Below, piece by piece: positions 57,686-63,486 of a DNA stretch of 63,486 bases. A model generated the notes under the pieces. That model saw only the letters and a list, made by a program, of their open reading frames with translations, made no database searches and had not been told where the DNA came from. Position 1 is the first letter of the stretch; every line of letters starts with the position of its first letter. The position numbers and the translations under genes were made by a program. This DNA is from a virus (Duplodnaviria; Caudoviricetes): positions 1-63,486 of the IMG/VR virus record IMGVR_UViG_3300036833_000428; one strand, given 5' to 3'.

Positions 57686-58483
57686 CTACTTTTTAGGGCC
57701 GGCCGGCGGCGCGCCACCAGTAGTGGCCGCGTTGACGGTGACCCAGCGCCATTCGTAGCCGGGAAAAAAACCGAGCATCCAGACACTTCCGGTGGCGCCG
57801 GGCACATCGGCGGCCGGCTGCATCGTGCCCGGGGGCATGGCCGCAGGGTTCTGCGGGGCCGGCGGGACACCGGGAGGCAGCGGTGGAAGATCTGGCGGTT
57901 TTTCGCCCGGCGGGTTAGGGAAATAAATGGGCGGCATGGCGACCGGGGGCCAGCCCGCTACCGGGGGACCGCCGGGATAGATGGGCCCGCCGCCGGGATA
58001 CGTCGGTGGATACACCGGGCCGCCACCGGGATACGTCGGCGGATAAATCGGGCCCCCGCCCACATGTGGGGGCATACCGCCTCCCCAGATTCCAGGCGGC
58101 ATCGGATGCCCCTGGCCCCAGCCGGGATCAACCGGCCATCCAGGCATGGGCCCACCGCCGGGATGCCCTGGATAGATGGGCCCACCGCCGGGATGCCCTG
58201 GATAAACCGGGCCGCCACCGACATGCGGAGGCAGCCCTCCTCCCCAGATTCCAGGCGGTTGCGGGTGCCCGGCACCCCAACCTGGGTCAACGGGAGGATT
58301 GTAAATCGGCCCACCCCCGACGTGCGGCGGACCGCCGGGATAAACCGGCCCACCGCCGGGATAAACCGGCGGATAGGCCGGACCTCCGCCGAGATGTGGC
58401 GGCAATGGATGGCCCTGGCCATAACCAGGATCGACAGGGCCTGGCGGCGCTCCGCCGGCCGGAATGATGTAATACGCCTGCAT
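57686..58483 (-). CDS. Pro/Gly/Tyr/His-rich repeat protein (moron)
   Basis: AAGGAG RBS; PVDPG(W/Y)GxGHP three times, many GGGP(V/I)YP; short non-repetitive ends. Confidence 0.8.
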   Translation of the reverse strand: MQAYYIIPAGGAPPGPVDPGYGQGHPLPPHLGGGPAYPPVYPGGGPVYPGGPPHVGGGPIYNPPVDPGWGAGHPQPPGIWGGGLPPHVGGGPVYPGHPGGGPIYPGHPGGGPMPGWPVDPGWGQGHPMPPGIWGGGMPPHVGGGPIYPPTYPGGGPVYPPTYPGGGPIYPGGPPVAGWPPVAMPPIYFPNPPGEKPPDLPPLPPGVPPAPQNPAAMPPGTMQPAADVPGATGSVWMLGFFPGYEWRWVTVNAATTGGAPPAGPKK

Positions 58484-58571
58484 GCGTTTTGCTCCTTCCG
58501 GGGAAAGTGTATCCCACTTCGGCGTGACAAAGGCATGAAATTGATTCAGATACGCACCCGAAATTTTCCGA

Positions 58572-58600
58572 TTGACGCCGGTGGGGCGTTGCGATAGGCT
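58572..58600 (+). promoter_or_regulatory. Sigma70-like promoter
   Basis: TTGACG-17 nt-TAGGCT in a divergent intergenic region. Confidence 0.55.
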
Positions 58601-58704
58601 CGTGAGGTCAACTTTCGAAGTCGGATTCGCCGGGCCGCGTCATTCTCCCAGGGTTGAGGTGTCCCGGCTAGTCCGGTCGAAGGGCCCACCTGGGAGGGGC
58701 GGAC

Positions 58705-59202
58705 ATGAAAACTGAAAACGTCAACCTTGCGCAATTGGGCATAGCGGCGCTACTGCCCGGGATTCAATACGTAATTGGCGAAGTCGAGAAGATGCTCGCT
58801 GAGCTAAAGGCGGATTACGCCATGCTCGCGAACATCGAGAACGCCGCGAGCGCACCGCGTCGCGGGCGGCCACGGAATACGAAATTAGGCTATCGGTCTC
58901 TGGCCGGCCTGAAACCTGGTACAGACAACTACCGCGAAGCGCTGCGCGAGAACAAGCGCATGGAGCGCGCCAGGAAGGGCAACGGGAAGTCGCACCGTGG
59001 CTGGAGCGACAGCCCCGAGGAGCGCTCGGCGGAGATGAAGCGCCGGCAAGCGGTAGTGCGGGCCAAGGGAAAGAAGAGCGCGGCGCAGACGCATTGGGAC
59101 GGCATGTCTTCCCGCCAGAAGAAGCAGTTCCTGGCCAAGATGGCCGCGGGGCGGGCGGCTAAAAAGGCAGCAGCGCAGCACGTGAACGGAGCAGCCGCAT
59201 GA
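58705..59202 (+). CDS. Basic, histone-like putative DNA-binding protein
   Basis: N-terminal coiled coil, RRGRPR AT-hook, Lys/Arg/Ala-rich tail. Confidence 0.7.
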   Translation: MKTENVNLAQLGIAALLPGIQYVIGEVEKMLAELKADYAMLANIENAASAPRRGRPRNTKLGYRSLAGLKPGTDNYREALRENKRMERARKGNGKSHRGWSDSPEERSAEMKRRQAVVRAKGKKSAAQTHWDGMSSRQKKQFLAKMAAGRAAKKAAAQHVNGAAA

Positions 59203-59528
59203 CGCGCCTCTCGAACCGTCAGTTCCCCATGCTGCAGGCGTTCGCCCAGGCCCCTCACGGCATGCACATGTCGATTCACGACGCGCAGCGCTACGATCAG
59301 CGCCCTTTCCGCTCGATGCTCATCCAGGGCTGGATCGAATATTCCAGGGGCCGGGGATTTCATATCACCAGGAAAGGCCGCGACGCCTGGGCCGAGTTCC
59401 GTATGACGGAGATCTGGCGCAAGAACGCGGAGATGCCTCTCACCAGGCTGTTCGACCCGACCGCCTACGGTCTGAAGGATCCCTACAAAAACGGCTCGGC
59501 GCTGGCCAGGAAGGCTAGCGCGGCGTAA
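59199..59528 (+). CDS. Winged-helix-like protein
   Basis: SMLIQGWIEY....FHITRKGRDA. Confidence 0.6.
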   Translation: MTRLSNRQFPMLQAFAQAPHGMHMSIHDAQRYDQRPFRSMLIQGWIEYSRGRGFHITRKGRDAWAEFRMTEIWRKNAEMPLTRLFDPTAYGLKDPYKNGSALARKASAA

Positions 59529-59540
59529 GGGGGAAAAAGC

Positions 59541-60116
59541 ATGAGCCTCTCTGATGCCCAGCTTGAAGGGCTGGCCCGGCAGGCCCTCAATATTGCGCTG
59601 ACGGAATTGCGCAACCGGAAGCAATTCAGTTTTTACCTGGGCTTTTATGGAGAGAACGGCCTCCAGCGCGGCTCGCGGATTGAAGCCTTGATCGCCAAGA
59701 AGCTGGGCGTGGACTGGTTGAATGACGGAGCGAAAAAGGATGCCGCGTTTGGCATTATGCAAGCCGCCTCGGCGCTCCTGCCGCCGGCGGCTATCGTTAT
59801 GGTGACTGCCATGAACCTGTTTAAGCCTACCGCCGCATTCGAGGCGCTCACGCCTGAGAAGCAGGAATATTATTACGACGGTCACAACCGGCACCACGAG
59901 GGCGCCAAGCTCGGCTATTTCACGATCGCGGATGGATTCTGGGCCATTGTCCAGACGCCTGAGCGTGTGTGTATTGCGACTCAGATCATCGGCGGAGACC
60001 GGCCCGAGAAAAGCGTCTTTATGAATCACGACGACTATGACGGGCGCACCAAGATGTACCCGCCCAAGGACGAGGCCGCGCGGATACTGGCGGAACTGCA
60101 GGAGAATCTCGCGTGA
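59541..60116 (+). CDS. Hypothetical protein
   Basis: RBS and operon packing. Confidence 0.65.
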   Translation: MSLSDAQLEGLARQALNIALTELRNRKQFSFYLGFYGENGLQRGSRIEALIAKKLGVDWLNDGAKKDAAFGIMQAASALLPPAAIVMVTAMNLFKPTAAFEALTPEKQEYYYDGHNRHHEGAKLGYFTIADGFWAIVQTPERVCIATQIIGGDRPEKSVFMNHDDYDGRTKMYPPKDEAARILAELQENLA

Positions 60117-60703
60117 AGTTTAACGCTAACGATGCCGACTTCACCAGAAAGACAACGACAACCCCGCGCCTTCAGCGGGCCATGCTCGAAGAGATCCGCC
60201 GGCGGGCGGGTGACTACGAAGCGCGCGATTACCTCCAGGAGCGCGAGCGGCTAGTGGCTATCTGGCGGAAAGCTCATCCCGAATGCGTCAACCAACCGGC
60301 TAGTTTGAAGCATCACCCCCTCGACAAGATCCAGGACGGAGTGATCGACGACACAGAGCGGCCAGAGGTCTGGACGAGCGACATCTACCAGGTCACGGTC
60401 CGCCGCTGGTCGAAGGACCGGGTGTTCGCGACGGATCAGGGCATGATCCAGATCGGCATCAACACGCTCGATGGCACGGCGCGGCACGACTGGCGCGAGT
60501 TCCAGGGGATCAAGAACCAGATCGCGGGCGAGGAATGCGAGGCCTTCGAGCTGTACCCGGCCGAGGAGCGGCAGCTCGACCCGTCGAACTACTACACGCT
60601 ATGGTGCTTTCCCGGCGTGAAGCGGATCAAAGTGGGTCTGAACGAGCGGCGCGTGCTCGATGCGGACGAGGCCTGGGCGCCGCAGCGAGGATTTGAGAAG
60701 TGA
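60113..60703 (+). CDS. Conserved phage hypothetical protein
   Basis: HDWREFQGIKNQIAGEECEAFELYPAE..L.D..N.Y.LW motif typical of a recurrent phage family. Confidence 0.75.
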   Translation: MKFNANDADFTRKTTTTPRLQRAMLEEIRRRAGDYEARDYLQERERLVAIWRKAHPECVNQPASLKHHPLDKIQDGVIDDTERPEVWTSDIYQVTVRRWSKDRVFATDQGMIQIGINTLDGTARHDWREFQGIKNQIAGEECEAFELYPAEERQLDPSNYYTLWCFPGVKRIKVGLNERRVLDADEAWAPQRGFEK

Positions 60704-60876
60704 TCAAGACCTATCTTGGAGACGCTGTATACGCTCGTTTCGACGAACTTGGGCGATTGGTCCTGACGACTGAAGATGGGATCAGGACCACAAACGAGAT
60801 CTATCTGGAACCCGAGGTATTGGAGAAGCTTCATCAGTACTTGGCGAGTTTGGATGCGGAAGCCTGGCCAATATGA
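60700..60876 (+). CDS. 58-aa conserved phage protein (not in the ORF track)
   Basis: YLGDAVYA.FD...L.LTTE.G...NEIYLEPEV; GTGA and ATGA coupling at both ends. Confidence 0.75.
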   Translation: MIKTYLGDAVYARFDELGRLVLTTEDGIRTTNEIYLEPEVLEKLHQYLASLDAEAWPI

Positions 60877-61115
60877 AAGTCGAGCATCTCAGCAAAGAGA
60901 CGCAGAAGGGCCTGCTCGCGTGGGCGCAATTTCAGCACGGCGACGAAATGCTGTGGGAAGGGATCGCCAGTTGCCCGCTGGAATGGGCTTGGATTTGTTT
61001 TCAGCTGCGTGTGGCCGACGATAACCCAGAGTGGTTTCCGCACGGTAAGTGGGCCACGATTCAAGTGATTGAGAAGCACCTGCTCGAGGAGGCCGAGGAG
61101 GAAAAGCGCAAATGA
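60873..61115 (+). CDS. Hypothetical protein
   Basis: Coupled at both ends. Confidence 0.6.
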   Translation: MKVEHLSKETQKGLLAWAQFQHGDEMLWEGIASCPLEWAWICFQLRVADDNPEWFPHGKWATIQVIEKHLLEEAEEEKRK

Positions 61116-61339
61116 TGAAACGTGCCCTTTACCCAATCGTAGGCGGAGCGGTCGGTGGCTTCTGGGGATATCTTTGCAATAACTACCTGGGGTGGCCCGG
61201 TGTGGTGGTGACCGCTGCGGTGGCGTTCGGTGTGGCGCTTTGGGCTCTGCGCAGCCTGCACGAGATGCGGGCTATGGAACGGGAATTCGAGGACCGGCTA
61301 CACATGATTCGGATGAAAGGGTCCGAGCGCGATATATGA
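61112..61339 (+). CDS. Two-helix membrane protein
   Basis: Two hydrophobic segments then a charged tail. Confidence 0.65.
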   Translation: MMKRALYPIVGGAVGGFWGYLCNNYLGWPGVVVTAAVAFGVALWALRSLHEMRAMEREFEDRLHMIRMKGSERDI

Positions 61340-61644
61340 GCGAGAGTCGCGTATACCTGGCGCAACTGCTGTGCCCCGAGCGCCACGCTTTTCTGGCGGC
61401 TGTGGATGTTTACGAGAATGAGAAATCCGCGGAGGAATTAGGCGTCAAATTATTGGAAGAGTTCAATCACTTGGTCGCACAGCATTTCATGAAACCATCC
61501 TGCGCCCTGTGCGGCGCTAGCGAATTTCACGTAGAGGTGCGCCGGACCGGCTTCCGAACCATGGAGGAGGCCTTGCCGTCTTTGAAGGCCTCCGAGGCGG
61601 CGCAGCTACTCACGCAGGCATTATGGAAAGCCTCGCGCAATTAA
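61336..61644 (+). CDS. Zinc-binding hypothetical protein
   Basis: LLCPERH...CALCG; ATGA coupling. Confidence 0.7.
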   Translation: MSESRVYLAQLLCPERHAFLAAVDVYENEKSAEELGVKLLEEFNHLVAQHFMKPSCALCGASEFHVEVRRTGFRTMEEALPSLKASEAAQLLTQALWKASRN

Positions 61645-61648
61645 ATGT

Positions 61649-61909
61649 ATGAGCAAGAGTCGCGTATACCTGAGCAACGAACGCCACCGGCTTCGCCATG
61701 TTGAGCTGCACCGTGCGCTTGACGAGTTAGCTGCAGACTGGGCGTTGCACAACAGTCGGCCTACGCGTGATGGCAACATCAAACTATTCAGCAACACGAC
61801 CATCATGGAACTGATGGAGTGGTCGCATCAGCAGACCGTGGATCCGGCCATTCCCTACGTCCTTACACGAAAGGCCAAGAAGCGAATGAAGAGTAGAGAG
61901 GGCAGCTGA
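61649..61909 (+). CDS. Hypothetical protein
   Basis: HVELHRALDELAADW...TIMELMEWSHQQT. Confidence 0.7.
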   Translation: MSKSRVYLSNERHRLRHVELHRALDELAADWALHNSRPTRDGNIKLFSNTTIMELMEWSHQQTVDPAIPYVLTRKAKKRMKSREGS

Positions 61910-62256
61910 TGCGTTTCGGCGAGGACGAGAACGGGGCGTACAAGCTATTGCCCGATGGCCGCGTGCTGCGCGCCAAGCGGCAGATCTTTAACGCGATTCT
62001 GACGCTCTCAAAGTCGCGCGCAGAAATGACGTGGCGGGAGGGCTGGTGATATTCCAGCTTCGATGCCGCCGTGCGCGACATGGTGCTGTGGGAACCGGGC
62101 GAAACACTGATTTGCGCGATCTGCGAGCGCGAGCGCGGCGGCGATGATCCGCCCGGCCCGTGGTTCCGTCACCGGCCCAGCCACCGGCGGCGCATCGTGA
62201 TCTTTCATCGCAATCCGCTGTTGCCGATGGGACATCTGGAGTACATATGGCCGTGA
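61909..62256 (+). CDS. 115-aa protein with an in-frame UGA at codon 47 (candidate selenoprotein or readthrough; otherwise a pseudogene)
   Basis: TGATG-coupled start; GGC TGG TGA TAT at 62041-62052; the same frame stays open for 68 more sense codons. Confidence 0.65.
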
Positions 62257-62301
62257 GCGAGCTAACGAAGCTAGAGCCAAAAGGCTTAGGGAGTGGAAGT
62301 G

Positions 62302-62532
62302 ATGGCGAACTGGCCGGGTCTGGTCAAGAGCGACGATCCTGATTTCAACGATCCGCGATTTCAGCGGCGCGTGGAGGCCCTCTGGCGTCCGATTCCGATA
62401 GTCGAGAATGTACATGAAGCGAGACTCGAATGCGGCCACGAGCCGCTGCTCCTGGGCGATAATCCGCCGCGAGTCGGGACGAAGTGCTTCTGCGGCGACT
62501 GCCGCGATTTGCAAAAGGAGGTCAAGCCCTAA
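62302..62532 (+). CDS. Small zinc-ribbon protein
   Basis: LECGH...CGDC. Confidence 0.6.
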   Translation: MANWPGLVKSDDPDFNDPRFQRRVEALWRPIPIVENVHEARLECGHEPLLLGDNPPRVGTKCFCGDCRDLQKEVKP

Positions 62533-62564
62533 TGCGGCGGTGGCGCCGCAGAGGGGTTCGAGAA

Positions 62565-62906
62565 ATGAGCGCACCTGAAAAACTTCCGGACGTCGTGCTC
62601 GGATATCAGAGCGGAGTGAACATCAAGGGCGAACCCTTCGTGCAGCTGCTCCTGAAGGGCGCGATCGTGGGGCAACTGACGCCGGCGGAAGCCCGCGCTC
62701 ACGCCTATGGCGTACTCGAAGCCGCCGAAGCGGCCGAAACCGACGCCTTCCTCTTCGGGTGGGTGATCCAGCACGTGGGCTCCGGGCCGGAACAGGCCGC
62801 CGGGTTGCTCACCGATTTCCGCCGCTACCGCGCCAGAGTCACCGGCAAACAACACGGCCCCACGGGCCGGCCGGGAAACTGGGTCATGCCCGAAGGAGAG
62901 CCATGA
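62565..62906 (+). CDS. Conserved phage hypothetical protein
   Basis: EPFVQL...[25 protein letters not shown]. Confidence 0.7.
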   Translation: MSAPEKLPDVVLGYQSGVNIKGEPFVQLLLKGAIVGQLTPAEARAHAYGVLEAAEAAETDAFLFGWVIQHVGSGPEQAAGLLTDFRRYRARVTGKQHGPTGRPGNWVMPEGEP

Positions 62907-62994
62907 TCGACTACCGCCGCATGGTGTTTCTGGCGCGCCTGGAGCCTCCCGCAGACGAGAGGGTTCGAGAAGGCGTGAAGCGCTAGGAGGTGGA

Positions 62995-63255
62995 ATGCCA
63001 TTACCAAAGAAAGATTTTCAGGGACAAGAAGCTACTATTTCGATGACGGAATTACGGTCGGCGCCAGGAGATGTCATGGATCGCGTTTCTCATGGAATGC
63101 TGGTGCATATCGAGAAGAGCGGTAAGCGCGTTGCGTCTTTGGTTCCTGTAGGTCACGACAGCGACAGCACCGTGATTCACAGAGACGGCAGCATAACCGG
63201 CTCCATTCCTTTGACCTTTCGACGGAACTTGGGATCTGGGGGATATGGTACCTAG
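62995..63255 (+). CDS. Phd/YefM-family antitoxin-like protein (orphan)
   Basis: [34 protein letters not shown]; AGGAGG RBS. Confidence 0.8.
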   Translation: MPLPKKDFQGQEATISMTELRSAPGDVMDRVSHGMLVHIEKSGKRVASLVPVGHDSDSTVIHRDGSITGSIPLTFRRNLGSGGYGT

Positions 63256-63288
63256 GAGGAAACATGCCGCTGCCCGGCGGGGGGAGCC

Positions 63289-63486
63289 ATGAGCGACGCC
63301 ATCACCTACACCGAAACCGGCGGCCGGGTGACAGTCGAGATGAGCCGCGACGACTGGGAGCAGCTGACACGCATGCTGGGCTATGCGGCGGGGGCTGCGC
63401 AGGCCGACAACCAGTGGCTCTTCTGGCAGTTCATCGTTTTCACAAACCAACTCAACCGCACCAACCCGCATTTCCGGCCGTACGAA
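63289..63486 (+). CDS. Junction-spanning gene (continues to position 161), paralog of 397-633
   Basis: MSDAITYTETGGRVTVEMSR...NRTNPHFRPYEIPEAYRQREAKP. Confidence 0.8.
   Translation, partial: MSDAITYTETGGRVTVEMSRDDWEQLTRMLGYAAGAAQADNQWLFWQFIVFTNQLNRTNPHFRPYE
63365..63486. repeat. Terminal overlap, identical to 1-122
   Basis: Exact 122-nt match read by eye. Confidence 0.97.

Noticed and set aside
62253-62342. Frameshift joining VSELTKLEPKGL to the 62302 zinc-ribbon gene
   Set aside because: The downstream gene has its own purine-rich RBS, and no family evidence supports the join.
1-63486. Genome-wide UGA reassignment (code 4 or 25)
   Set aside because: Many genes end in TGA with ATGA/TGATG coupling, and long genes are uninterrupted under code 11.

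Overview
The window is an apparently complete, circularised genome (about 63.4 kb; the first 122 nt recur at the end) of a temperate tailed phage with podovirus-like gene content. Its host is probably an Acidobacteriota (Bryobacterales-like) bacterium, which is an inference from protein-family style. Morphogenesis genes are present: TerL, putative TerS, portal, scaffold, GroES-like co-chaperonin, major capsid, adaptor/nozzle, three fibres and large ejection-type proteins. They are unusually scattered over five blocks on both strands. Lysogeny functions are a tyrosine integrase, an excisionase and an attP carrying the 3' half of tRNA-Arg(UCG). The replication module has an SNF2 helicase, a RepB-like primase, a UvrD-like helicase and a VRR-NUC nuclease, and an early region holds many small genes. 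The best leads are: (1) a gene at 61909-62256 with a single in-frame UGA in a W-x-Y context followed by a SECIS-like hairpin (candidate phage selenoprotein or readthrough); (2) a PAS sensor domain fused to a basic DUF6496-like tail at the head of the main structural operon; (3) a recurring hydrophobic/K-x-x-G-G motif at segment boundaries of six internal virion-type proteins, with a candidate cognate processing domain; (4) three copies of a conserved early promoter module and two switch-like structured leaders. All family assignments come from motif recognition by eye, not from database searches.
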